DNA of 64,000 nucleotides from Oopsacas minuta. Its lineage: Eukaryota > Animalia > Porifera. Below the pieces are notes generated by a model. That model searched no databases and was not told where the DNA came from. It was given only the letters and a program-made list of their open reading frames with translations. Positions 36,438 to 48,995 of this stretch are shown piece after piece. Numbering within the stretch: the first letter of the stretch is position 1; every line of letters begins with the position of its first letter. The stretch lies in assembly GCA_024704765.1 (NCBI GenBank), contig JAKMXF010000177.1:568963-632962 (forward strand), given 5' to 3'. The position numbers and the translations under genes were made by a program.

Positions 36438-37094
36438 TCAAGTCATGAATATCAGTTTGGAGCATCTGTATCCAAATTTTAATGGCATGTTCAGGATCGA
36501 AAAAGCGATCAAAAACAGGAAAAGTAATATCGAAAACCATCCACGCTTTCTCTGAATTTGCTTGTTGTTGCTAACTTGGATTGGCTGGGGGAAATTGAAA
36601 CTTCCTTGTGATGTCACAGACCGTCTCTCCACCTCACTGCCTCCAAATTCGCTCTCTGTTTTTCTATCATACCAATCAGGGGAGTTGATGTCAGAAAATC
36701 TCTGAGTTTCATAGGTAAATGCTGAAGAGTCTGAATCGCTACAAGAATCATTCCTTATTCCCTGATAAATCTCATTATCATCGATCTGTTCTTCTGACTT
36801 GCTGCTACTTCTTGCAATTATCGTTCTAGCCAGCTCCGCGTGCTGAGTATAACTGCTATCACGTACTACAATATCTAAGAAAGGATAAAATCCTCTCCTC
36901 TCGTCTTGTAGATACTTCACCAGAGCGAGGTTCTGTTTCCTAGGGCTAATTATGTTGCTTATCTTTTCTCTTTCATCCTCCCACATCAAACTTGAATTCA
37001 CAAGCTCATCTCCAATCCTTTCGAAATTCAACTTACTAATGATTATATATTCATAAGTGTAGAAATTCATGTAGGATTTAGTAAAGTCACTCAT
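36438..37094 (-). CDS. CARD/death-fold protein with C-terminal transmembrane anchor, 218 aa
   Basis: Residues ~5-95 fit the CARD helical pattern (IISKLNFERIGDELVNSSLMWEDEREKI..RKQNLALVKYL..FYPFLDIV..HAELA); Ser/Asp-rich linker; RKRG-WFSILLFLFLIAFSIL near the C-terminus; no signal peptide. Confidence 0.75.
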   Translation of the reverse strand: MSDFTKSYMNFYTYEYIIISKLNFERIGDELVNSSLMWEDEREKISNIISPRKQNLALVKYLQDERRGFYPFLDIVVRDSSYTQHAELARTIIARSSSKSEEQIDDNEIYQGIRNDSCSDSDSSAFTYETQRFSDINSPDWYDRKTESEFGGSEVERRSVTSQGSFNFPQPIQVSNNKQIQRKRGWFSILLFLFLIAFSILNMPLKFGYRCSKLIFMT

Positions 37095-39766
37095 TTTTTG
37101 TATCGTGGGAATTATGTAAATATGTAAATGAGTTCACTATACTTGTTATCGTATTTATAGTGTAAGGACAACGTTATGAGACATATGTATGTACTGCCCA
37201 ATAGAGCATATTGTCTCTAATTATTCAATTAATTATGACTGACTTGTCTGGTAGTGATATTTTTGACGCAACTTTATACGAGTAATACACAATACATACA
37301 TTCGCAATTTTAATTACCGACCAAACCTATAATTTTGATTATTCCCCATGACTCTCGTTTTTGTGATTAATTCTAACACTGTCTAATTGAATATTGCATA
37401 TGGAATAACATATTAATTGCTACAGGCTATTAACCAATTGTCATTAAAATTATTTTGACGTATCTAATGTTAATTAATATCACGTATTACAGCATTAGAA
37501 CTTAGAAGTTCATCTAATCATTAATTCGTGAGAATAATTAAATATTAATTTTCATTAATAGCTTTTTCGTACAGATTTATTAACTGTCTGATTCTATTAG
37601 TCTGTATTCAGCATAATGATACAAGCAAAATAAATAAGATTTTATGGCGTATGATTATCAAGAGTATCTGCCTTGTCTGGCCACTTTAAAATTGGAATCG
37701 TTTAGAAATGTGTGCAAATTAATAGGCTAATGAATGGAAATATCATGTAAATAGCTTGTACATGATAGTGACTGCAATATCTTCTTTATCTCCAGTTACT
37801 ACGCTTTCTTTATGGATAATTAGAAAACATTTATCAATTGTAATCTCTCTTTCAAAATAATATATTAAATATATAAACAAAAGGTCTGTTATATTATAAT
37901 TATCCATTCAGGAAAATCAAAAGATATTAAATTGTAATATTATATACACCTACAGTCGTACACATTGTCTAAAAGTGTTTTACTAATAAATTGCACTATA
38001 ACTCCCATGATGACTGTTATGTCAGCTATCATATTCCAGTATATCATTCTCCCGCTAACAATAAGAAATATAAGATGTTGAAATTTATAACGTGTTAGAA
38101 TTTATCGAGACATAATTGTATTATGGGTTGATATTGTGGGTTATGTAATATATTGGAGTCATTTTGTATCCGAATTGACTCCAAGGATTTAAGTCGTTTT
38201 GATATATTTAATCATATTTTAGGCGCAGATTATTTTGGATAAATTTGTCTTTAGCTGCTCTAAAATTATTTTAATCATTGTAGTGCAGCTCCTACAGGCT
38301 GCCCTAATAGCATGGACGATGTGCGACTTCCGTCCGTCCGTGCGAAATGTAGCAGTCGAATTAACATAAAAATTGGGATACATATACCTTTTGGGTCGGA
38401 GATTTGCACCTCAGGTATGCATGTTTTCTAAAGTGAATATTTCACACCTTTTGATGATTAATCATATTTTCTCACCTTTTGGATATTATTCAAAATCACG
38501 CTAAAGATTTCGTTTGAACTGCTAGCAAGGGGTAATCGAGTATGTAGACTAAATATATTGATATTCATAATAGCTAACACAGTTTGTATAGTATTTAACC
38601 GAAATTATTTCTCAGAGTAAGGAGCCCTAAATTTGGGCTGGTGCAGTGTGGTATAGACTTATACACGGGGGGCGTCAGCGGGAGCGTGGCCCTCTTGAAA
38701 GAACATAAACAACTAATCCTAAGCTGCATTCCCAGTCTGTCGGCTAAACATTTTACTGTACCGAGTATAGTGGCTCAGTTCTAAAATGGTTGACTTAGTA
38801 TTTATATGTTTTTCGCTCTGCTTTTCACACCTTTAGAGATTAAGACACCAAATTCGGCATGTATACTCGTAGTGACTTCTAATTTTCCACCTGATATTTG
38901 GAAAATTTCTAATGTGTATATTTTCACACCTTTTGATACTTCTGTATTTTAGCCCAATCAGTTGGTAGGGATTTACAATTAGGCATAAACGCATACAATT
39001 AGTTCTGGTGGAGTGTTTGTAATTTAATTAGCACTGTGAAGTATTTGTAATGATGTATACTGCAATTCTATTAACTAAGACATTCTATTAAGTATATATA
39101 TACTGATTTATCATATGATTAATCATATTTTCACATCTTTTGGTGAAATTTCAAAATTATCTTAGAGATTAGCTTCCACTTGTTAGATAGGGGTAAACAG
39201 AGACGTATAATTCTATTCTAACATTTTGGAATGTCTAACAGATTATTAAAATTCAATTTTATATTTGCTAAAATGAATATTTAGTAGAATAGCATAATTT
39301 CAATAATCTAATAAATTAATTTGGTAAATTTAAGTCGGCACAGATGGTGATTTGAGATTTTTCATTGTCATCTGATCTGTGGATATCAGTGTTATGTGCG
39401 TGTTGGACCATCATCCAATCTATTTATGTCTTGGCCTATTGTTTAGTATTGTATAATTATCAAGGTTCGAAAAAATATACTTGGATTATTCTTATTTTCT
39501 AATTTGGAATTTTTTCATAAACTTGAGTGGAAATTCCTGGAATTAAGATTAAATAATACAACCTATTGGATTTCGTTTAGGTTCATATTGTATCTTCTGC
39601 CTCTGGGGTGTCACTATAGAATAAAGTATGTAGTATAATATACGGATTGATAATAAATACAGCAATACTTCAATTTTGAGTTTTTGACTTATACAAAAAT
39701 AAGCTTAATTAAAACATGCGAAATTAATCAAATGAATATGCATACAATACGGAAATTATCATAAAT

Positions 39767-40726
39767 TTACAATTTCTTCATGTAATCTGGTAATTTGATG
39801 GACAGTAGTTGAGGATGCATCCCTCTAACCACGCAATAGAGGACTCGTGTAATCTCGTCAAAGATCAAGCCTGATGGTTTGAAGTAGGGAATTTTACCTG
39901 AAGAAAGATTAATATTAGCAATAACATTTCCTTTAGAATCTATAAACGATATTGTGTTATCTCCCCAGTTTGATAAGATTATGTTATTATTAGAAGTCAC
40001 CGTTAAGTTCATTGGAATGTGCACTGCATTTGGTAAGTCACTTGCTAAACCAGATACAAGAGCTGAGAGCAGTATTCCATCCTTGATTGAGAATACAAGA
40101 ATACACCTATCTGACTCGTGGAGTACAAATAGCTTATTTTTCCGTTTGCAAATGTCTCGTGCCACTTTAATATGGTCGATACCAAATGCAAACCTCTCTT
40201 GACTAGTAAATGTACAGCTGATCTCTATTATTTCACCTCTTACATTACCCTGGTAGTTGACAGTATATAGCAAGTAGATAACATCCAACGAGTCTGCACA
40301 GACAGCCAGCAGACTAACTTCAGAAAACCTTCTAGGATGTACATATTGTATGACAGATATCAACTGCCCATCCAAACTACAGAGAAGTAATGTAGAAGAC
40401 AATGACACTAGAATTATGTTATAGGAGGAGAGACACTCCGTGTGTAAAGTGTGTCTGTCAATATTTGGATATCTGTGATCACGAGGCAAACGAGGCAAAA
40501 AACGAGTAGGGTAATTAATTACATACTCAGAATCAACGTTATTGGGTAACAGGACAGACTTTCCACTGAGGGAATTAGAAATATATAAACTACGAGATAA
40601 AGGGTCATGTGTGAGGTATCTAGGGTCTTCAAAATTTATGGGACGAGATATTATGCTACAGTCTAGTTTTATTGGATCTATTGGGACTCTTGGAAAGTCA
40701 TCAGTTCTTGAGAAGAGTGTACCCAT
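39767..40726 (-). CDS. NHL-like beta-propeller protein with N-terminal MGxxxS motif, 319 aa
   Basis: Intact ATG ORF; repeats PRYLTHD..LYISN, ARDI..LFVLHESDRCILVF, PMNLTVT..IILSNWGDNTISFID, PSGLIFD. Confidence 0.7.
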   Translation of the reverse strand: MGTLFSRTDDFPRVPIDPIKLDCSIISRPINFEDPRYLTHDPLSRSLYISNSLSGKSVLLPNNVDSEYVINYPTRFLPRLPRDHRYPNIDRHTLHTECLSSYNIILVSLSSTLLLCSLDGQLISVIQYVHPRRFSEVSLLAVCADSLDVIYLLYTVNYQGNVRGEIIEISCTFTSQERFAFGIDHIKVARDICKRKNKLFVLHESDRCILVFSIKDGILLSALVSGLASDLPNAVHIPMNLTVTSNNNIILSNWGDNTISFIDSKGNVIANINLSSGKIPYFKPSGLIFDEITRVLYCVVRGMHPQLLSIKLPDYMKKL

Positions 40727-42062
40727 TGATTAGAGAAGATAAAATGTGCATGTAAGTAGAATCTTAGATACTGACTAATCTAGCTGCTATATTCTAAGTA
40801 AGATTTAGTAGATTGGTCAGTATGTTCTATTTTGAATAAAATTTGTGTTTTTAAGGCTAATACGGATATATTTTATGCCAAGTAAATTGCAATATTCTTC
40901 TGTCTCTGTTAGTCTGTTTGTCTGTTGTCAAACAAAGGATTCATTGTGTGCTATTTTTAATTGGAATTTCTTAATTCCGACATGTCGCATAACTAGGTCA
41001 TTAGTCGATCACCATCTTAATGATCACAACCACGATCACAACCGTTCATTAACAGATTACGGGATGAGTGCTACGCTCGTTATGAAGAGGAACACTAAAC
41101 TTTTACCACTTCGTTTTAACCAATCCCAGTACCTAAAACGAGATTTTAGCACCTTTTAGACGTCATAAATTCAAAAATATTCCTGGCCATATTCAGTAGA
41201 TCGTGATCATGCCATCAATGATCGCATGATACTAATGCCCTACGCGTAACTACGTATTTCTCGTTTTTCAATGGCCAATTTCCGTGATTGTATTACGTAG
41301 TAGAGTCATGTGAAATTTCTAAATAATTTAAGTATTGTTTTAATCGAATTTAAAGAACTCAGCTAACTTAAAGCGTTTTTCAGATTAACGAATTAAGTAA
41401 GAAATTAGAATGTTTGAGTATTCAAATTTTTAATTTTCGTTAGCAAAAGATACCACAAATAATGTGATAATAAATAAATTGCGAGAAGAATTAGCAAAAG
41501 CAAATAATAAGCAAAATATTACTACATATTACAGCAAATACAAGGAGAGACAATGTATAATTGTATATGCCTTGAATTCCAATAAACTTGAATATATAGG
41601 ACAAGAGTAAGAAAACTAATAGAAACTCTAATTCCCAAATTACAACAAATATGTTATCCAGACACAGTAATTAAATAAGTTTGTTTTATCAAGGTTACTG
41701 TCTCTGTATTATAAAATGTAAATTTCCGTAAAATAGACATTGTCAACAACAAGGCATAATTTGTAAGAATATTAACCAAAAATTCGATTAGAACCGCTAC
41801 AGGCGAGTCGGGCCTATCGTGGAATATATCAATTATGGATATACATCAAATAGGTATGTAAACGGTTGTATTCATGCAAATGATTTTGTGGCATAGAAAA
41901 TTATCTGGATCCAGCACACCTACTGAAATATGAAGTCACATAGAATATGTGACTTCATGTTTCACCTCACGCGCTGGGATGAAAGCATGACAGTATATTG
42001 TAAATAATATTACATACCAGTCAATAAAATTATACTGGGCAGTACTATACTCGTGGCGTCGT

Positions 42063-42209
42063 GGGGACCAGTCAACTCGTACCAGTACTTAAGTCAACTC
42101 GTGGCAGTGTTTGTAAGTCAAGTCCTACCAACTCTCTACTAATTTTTAACTGGTATGAGTTGACTTAAATTAGGTACGAGTTGGTCATTGGTATGAATTG
42201 ACTGTCCCC
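42063..42209. mobile_element. Small TIR element (MULE-like GG ends) just upstream of the GTPase
   Basis: GGGGACCAGTCAACTCGTACCA..TGGTATGAATTGACTGTCCCC with repeated GTCAACTC(G/A)TACC motifs; no TSD seen. Confidence 0.6.
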
Positions 42210-42268
42210 CTTTCAACGTCATATTTTCTACTAGGTAACAACTTAGCGATTGCAAACAATAAGCTGTA

Positions 42269-43180
42269 ATGGCTGGAGTAACACATTTAATACCTGATAG
42301 AACAGAGGAAAAATCAATATTGAAAGCTATGAAAGAAAATAGTACGAAAATTACAATTGAATGTAACAATGAAATGGATATGTATTACTTTCCAGCAAAG
42401 AAAATATCAGTCAGTGAGTATCAAAAGGTAACAAGGAAGAACCTGAAAAAGATAATCATGGTGGGAGAAACTGGAAGTGGGAAAAGCACACTAATCAATG
42501 CATTCGTTAATTATGCGGCTGGAATAGAAATAGAAGATCCATTAAGATTCAAGTTAGTTAATCATGAAATTGAACTTCAAACAAGGGAGATATCTGGATA
42601 TCTCATTGAGGATACTTTGTTCGAATATCCCATCATGATATGGGATACTCCAGGATTTAAGTTTGCAAATGGGAGAAAGATAGATGAAAAGATAGAACAA
42701 CAAATTCAAAAGCTACTCAGTGTAGAAGATGAATTTCATGCAATATGTTTTGTGATAAAGGCAGACGTAAACAGACTGACAGATGTACAAAATCTCATCA
42801 TTGATAATGTGAAACGCTTATTTGGGAGAGAAGCAGAAAAGAACATGTACACTCTCACTACATTCGGGTACGGTGATCGTCCAGAGGTGCTGAGAACTTT
42901 AATGAGAAGCAATTTCCCATTCGATGAAAACCGTTGGTTCACATTCAACAACAGACATTTATTTAAAACTGAATCTCAAAGGTGGTTCGGTTCTAAAATA
43001 TATTGGGATATCACTATTAACAGCATTATCCAATTCCATAATACACTAGCCCATCAACTACCATTCGGAATAACAAGAGAAACTAGAAAAGCTAACGTCT
43101 TCGGATATATGAAAGTAGAAAGTGATGAAGATTATTATGCTGATTATGTAGAAGAATTAAGCTCTCCAGAGAACAAATGA
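42269..43180 (+). CDS. TRAFAC P-loop GTPase, septin/AIG1(GIMAP)-like, intronless, 303 aa
   Basis: G1 GETGSGKS, G2 QT, G3 DTPG, HAICFVIKA, RLT..Q..I..LFG, TTF at G4, FTFNN. Confidence 0.85.
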   Translation: MAGVTHLIPDRTEEKSILKAMKENSTKITIECNNEMDMYYFPAKKISVSEYQKVTRKNLKKIIMVGETGSGKSTLINAFVNYAAGIEIEDPLRFKLVNHEIELQTREISGYLIEDTLFEYPIMIWDTPGFKFANGRKIDEKIEQQIQKLLSVEDEFHAICFVIKADVNRLTDVQNLIIDNVKRLFGREAEKNMYTLTTFGYGDRPEVLRTLMRSNFPFDENRWFTFNNRHLFKTESQRWFGSKIYWDITINSIIQFHNTLAHQLPFGITRETRKANVFGYMKVESDEDYYADYVEELSSPENK

Positions 43181-45499
43181 TTGATCCAATGGGGTACCAA
43201 GATTTTGATGAGGTGAAAAGCAGCTATCTTCTAGAAAAGATATTGCCTAGTCATTAGTATAAGTGTGTTTTAGTAGTTTGGAATAGAATATTTGTATTTG
43301 TAGTTACGTGTGACAATGTGAAAACATTATGAGCTATTTCCAATTTTATCTCTTAGAATAGTAGTAAAGTTGGTCCATATTACCGGTATGATTTTAAAAT
43401 CTGCATAAATAATACAGTATATATGAGAACCCTAATATAGTTCCTACCATTGGCGCAACTAGGCTCATGAGTCAGGGCGGGCAAATATGACGTCATACCC
43501 ACCCGCCCTATACTTTTTGTATTACGATGGAGTCAAATCTGGGTGGACACTTTATCGTTTACCTTATAAAGGTTGCGTTTCTGTCTCCAATATTTTACAA
43601 AATTACGAAAAACACATAGAAATAGTTTATGCTCTGTAAAGTTCTATAGATTATTTGAAAAATAGAAGAAGAACCTAAGCCAATGTCACGTAAATTCAGA
43701 TCCAATTGACTATGAGGAATGATACTAGCGATAACGGAGCAAACTAACAGAAAATTAACTGTTGCGAATGGTAAATAATCATAGAGAGAAGGTAAGATGA
43801 TAGATACACTCGACTAGATATAAAACTGATCAATTCCATTCTTACCGAAGTAAGCTTGGAGAGGATAAATACTTTGTATAACATAGCCTCCTGGTAATGT
43901 AACCAGTCCATCTCTTAATAGTGTACTTATACGGCCAGTGATGATACACCAGCCTAACTTTCAATAATAAGCAGAGCAATGGGACATGGCAAATTCGTGA
44001 TATATATGGTAATATGGCAAAAGACATAGCACAATGTCATATGAAAGTTATACATATTATAATATTGTGCAAGTGTCTTTACGTAAATGAAAAATGTGGC
44101 AAAATTATTATAATTTCGACAGACAAAATTATTATTATGGAATTTGTGATCATACATATACATTTAATTTTCAAATTTTCATATGATTAACATAACTTGG
44201 ATTCCATTATTGTTCTACGGTCAAATCTGTTATGTCTACATACAGATAATATCTATGGCGTATAAAGTAGAAGAGAACCAGGACAGCTGCTATGCAGAAT
44301 GGGAATGTCATGGATGAAAGATTAAATTCCGGGATGACGTGGTTGTGTATTAGAGCCTATTATAACTATTAGCGAATATATTAAATTGGTATCAAAAACG
44401 AAGTGATAAAATGTTAGTGTTCCATTCATTACGAGCTTAAAACGTAATCGGTTAATGAATCAATTGAAAGATATACACGGCCATACTAGGCTACAAAATC
44501 CTTACAAATAGGACTTATAGAAGGCTATTCAGTGAATTACTTAGCCCACGGTTATTCTCACCTCATTCTCTAAATTTAGGAAAAGTCACCCATTCACATT
44601 ACTCAATAGTTAATAACAACGGTTAATTTTGTATAGCAATAATAATGTCACCATTTACTAAACAGAATTATCTATGTATAGTTTACAAAATGCAGGTAAA
44701 CTTCCAGGAGACAGTATCATCGGTGAATCATTTGTGCTGTATCTTTTCCAAATCCTGGGGCCCGTACTCAATAATTATGACTCTCTCTTTACCAGATACA
44801 TACTTGTCAGACACTATGATCATTTTTCAAATGCTTATCTATAATCAATACAAACCTTCATGCATATACTCAATATTATTTAGTGATTGCATACCTGCAA
44901 AATGCAAACCTATTTGTGTCTTATCCCTGTATAGAACTCTTATTTGTTCTTCCATTGGCCAGAACCCTGTACACCCACAAGATCTTTACTCGCTCCATGC
45001 GGTCGCGTTCAGAGAATCAATGTATGCGTGAATATACATAGACTCAAATATGGTTGACGTATACAAAAATACTAATTCGGGAAAGAGAAAAGTATAAATA
45101 GACTGTAATGGAAATCCAGGTGTGTTTGAATAAAACTGTTGATTTACACAACAAAATGTATAAACCATGCCTGCCAAGTGCCAAGTGTCCCGATTGTTCC
45201 AATTGTGAGTAATTGGGAACATGGATAGGAGGATCATATAATATAGACTTATAGTAGTGCATATGTTATGAGGAATCAACTCCTAGAGAAGTAACACTCT
45301 TCTGTAGAATGAAATTGTAGTTGAACAGATATGCGAAATTGGGCATTTGCAAAATGCCCAATTTAGCATATCTCCCAAAATACAGATACCTAATACGATA
45401 TATATTATCTTATCCATGTCTCAAGTCACTGATGGGTAAATTTTAAAATTATTAACAGTGTTGATAATATTTGTGAGTTATTCATGACTGTTAAGTTAC

Positions 45500-46300
45500 G
45501 ATGTGTGACAAGTCGTAGAATATAGAATAGACAATCAAGAGTGAGGAGTAATTTATGACTTTTACTTTTCCTCGAGAAATGATATTCTTCTGGGATATGT
45601 GATTATGATTAAAGAGATGAATACAAGGATTACTATTATCCAAAACAAATATACTTTCGTATGAGAGTTTACATCTTAAGGCCATGAGGATGTCTGAGTG
45701 AGTGTACCGTTACCAAAGTATTTTGAAATCTTTGGAAAGTATTTGGATTCGATTGTTGGAACTATTACAAATATATATATCTTCATTAAATTCGTCAAAT
45801 ATTAAACCTGAAGGATTGTTAATACAATTTCTCAGCTTCCAGTTTCCAGATGCAATCTAGAGACAAGTTTGCAATTAATATTCAGGATATAGTGGTTATA
45901 TTGAGAATAAGAATTCTATCTCCGCAAATAACTAAACCGCTTAGGTATATCATCTTTCAACTTTGTTGTCTCCAAATTTAAACAAATACTTAACAGTACA
46001 TTCAAATATTTTACCACTGATTAAATGGATGTGATTCAGTATTATTTCCTTTTAAAACTTTTACACACAAACTTATGCAAAACTGGATTGAGTATTATTT
46101 TCTTGAATAATCAATCCCACTTCTCACATTCTCTACCAACTTACTCAACTTGTTAACAGTTCACGGTTGTTGTTTCAGAACAGAAGGTAACGTAACAATT
46201 AATGGTTGTTTTGGAATCTCAATGGAATCAAGTTTGTGTATCGATTCATTGAAAATTTAGTGAGGATATCTCACTCAAGAATAACCTAGTTTCAGATATT
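45500..46300 (-). pseudogene. Decayed NHL-repeat gene of the same family as 54126-55322
   Basis: Fragments across frames: NNPSGLIFDEFNEDIYICNSSNNRIQILSKDF, RHPHGLK, IFVLDNSNPCIHLFNHN..NIISRGK; many stops; boundaries approximate. Confidence 0.6.
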
Positions 46301-46575
46301 TAAGTGCTAGATCATTTCATTTATTTGTTTATAAAAAGTGCTAATGTTGTGGTTTCACCAAGCTATATTTCCTGGATAATTACAATTGGAGCCTTTGATT
46401 TATAGTAAAAAAGTTCACATGAAAATACATAAAAACACAAAAATGAACTGAATTATCCTTAAACTTCAGAAGAAGTATAAGATTTTATAATTATATAATG
46501 TCTTTTCACAACACGATATAGTTTTAATATTCTCTCCAATTATATTTCATTTTAATAAGGGAAACATTAGAGATG

Positions 46576-46632
46576 TATTATTAGTATTATTAGCATTATT
46601 AGTATTATTATTAGTATTATTAGTATTATTAG
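46576..46632. repeat. Imperfect (TATTATTAG)n tandem repeat
   Basis: About six 9-bp units read directly. Confidence 0.8.
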
Positions 46633-47389
46633 CATAGAGAGATCAATCAGTGGAATTGTGCGTGGCACATATTTAAGTTCTGTCGCAATTAACAGGCTGT
46701 GTTGTGCACAATATTGGCTGTATTTTAATTTATCATCAGAATGAGAAGAACCTTAGACAGTGATTTCAATACAGGGTGTAATACATGATTACTGAAATCA
46801 AATAGTACAATGCAACAATGCATACAAACTGTATGCATTGTTGCAGTTTATTAGAGAATACGTGTGTACGCGTACACCCGAAATTCTCTAACAACTATAC
46901 CGTAGCTGAATGGGAGAGCATAAAATGTAAATTATACTGATCTATGATATATCAATTTCAATATTATTTGGTGAGAGAAAATCAGAATTTCCTGAGACAA
47001 AAGGTATTTTCGGATACAGTATATAAAAGATATATAGTGATAACGCTGGGAGCACTGATATTAGAGTCAAATAATCATTATATCCAATAAATTTTGTGTG
47101 GGGTATACTGTAGACGTGGAGAGGAATCAACAAACAAAAATATCACTATAAACATTGTCACTATATCCGGAACGCCCATTGTGGGAATTAAATTGAACTC
47201 TTCTTATGTACTCAATCCTGATATCTGAAATTACGTTATAACGAATACTTAAGATATTATACAAAATAATTCCGCCAAAAGAGTTAGACATGTAACAACC
47301 GAGAATACGTATAACCAAGGCCCTTTGTAATTATAATCCAATTCACAACACAGACAAATAATGTGAATATAACTTGCAAATAAATATAA

Positions 47390-47770
47390 TTAATTCTTAG
47401 GGGTATCAATATTAATTCCATATTTCTCTTTGAGCTTTTCCAAATGTTCCTTCCGCTTATCAGGGTCCATCCTACTGAATGCTTTATGTGGCTGGTAATA
47501 CAATACTATGAGATATCTGTTACATACGTTAAAGCCAGAGAGATGCTCACAAGCAACTTTAGCATCAAATATATCATCAAATATTACGTAAGCAGTTCCT
47601 TTAGTGTCAGGGGCGTTTCCTAGACGTATTTGCCGGATCGGGCCGAACTTACCGAAAATATCATAGAGTTCTTCTGAGGATATCTTCCATGGTAGGTTAC
47701 GTATATAGAGTATACGATTAACTTCAGGAGGGAGACGTATACCTGCTCGTTTAGCGGCAATAAGAGCCAT
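47390..47770 (-). CDS. SF3B6: Splicing factor 3B subunit 6 (SF3B14/p14), intronless
   Basis: [54 protein letters not shown], characteristic of p14. Confidence 0.97.
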   Translation of the reverse strand: MALIAAKRAGIRLPPEVNRILYIRNLPWKISSEELYDIFGKFGPIRQIRLGNAPDTKGTAYVIFDDIFDAKVACEHLSGFNVCNRYLIVLYYQPHKAFSRMDPDKRKEHLEKLKEKYGINIDTPKN

Positions 47771-48995
47771 CTATTAGCTATTCAAAAAATAATTATCATA
47801 TAAAGTATATAATATTTTGTCAGATTTAGTTATGTTCTCTTCTACATTAGGGTCCCGCTAATCCGAACAGACTTGTACCCATGAAATATACGTATGTTCC
47901 GATTAGCGAAATTGGTTGGATTAGTGAATAGCATTGAAACAATGCGATACTATTATAAAACGATGAAAAGAATCAAAAACATGTCTGTGTAGCATAGTAT
48001 CATAATCCAAAGTAGAATTGGTCACAATGAAGTGAATGAACTACAGCGCAATATGTCAGTCTTGTTCGGATTAGCAATGTTGAGTGTCTACTGTATCTAT
48101 TCTATCACAACTAGTTAAGATAGTATAGTATGGTGGTAACGGAATTTTCGTGCCTCAAAATTTTCATTCTTGCAAAACTTGCATCCTCAAGGTTCCCTTA
48201 GCAGGTCGCTTCCTACTATTCTTACTGTAGTGAAGAATTTTAAACTTGGAATAATGTAAGTTTGCTCTTGGGTGTTGCCCGGATGTATGACAAGCTCCTA
48301 GTTGTTGGTTTGGGTCTTTGGAAGCAAAATCTCGTTGATGAGTTGGATATTTTTTGAATTGGTTAATTATTTTGCTATTAATTGTCGTATTTATATTTTA
48401 CACTATTTTGTAGTGACGCATGCCAGTACATTTTAATAACTCGAAAATACGAGGGACGAAAGTTCAGTATAGTATGGTGCAGTAAATTATGTGTTACTGT
48501 TATCTTAATAGGTTACGTAACGCTTGTGAGGCTTAAAGAATATACAAGAAGAAAACCAAAATATAATACAGTAAACACATAATATATCATCAAAGCAAAT
48601 TAATACATAGTATCATAGCCTATTATTGTATTATATGCTATACTAATGGCAAAATAGTTCATTTTGAGATCAGCTGTACCTCGTTACTTTCATGAAATGG
48701 TAAATTCACAATTGTGGTGAAAATTATCGAATTCACACATATTATAAGGAATAATTACGTACTACCGTTCAGAAGGTTCGTAATAAATAATATTTTAAGA
48801 CACACCGGAACTTGATAATATCAGAATATATACCTGAGTTAAAAGTTGTATTGCTATAGAATATGTCACAGAGTAGAGTACTGCAGGTTGGCAGAATATA
48901 GTATCAGGATAGGAGCATAGCAAGATACAATAATCATTACAAATAAATTGAATTCTGTAAGAACATCTGTAAAGTGATTAGGACTCTACCATTAG

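Noticed and set aside
44645-45290. Possible decayed Ig-like surface protein on the minus strand (..SLNNIEYMHEGLY*)
   Set aside because: Only one weak motif among many stops; not supportable without a search.
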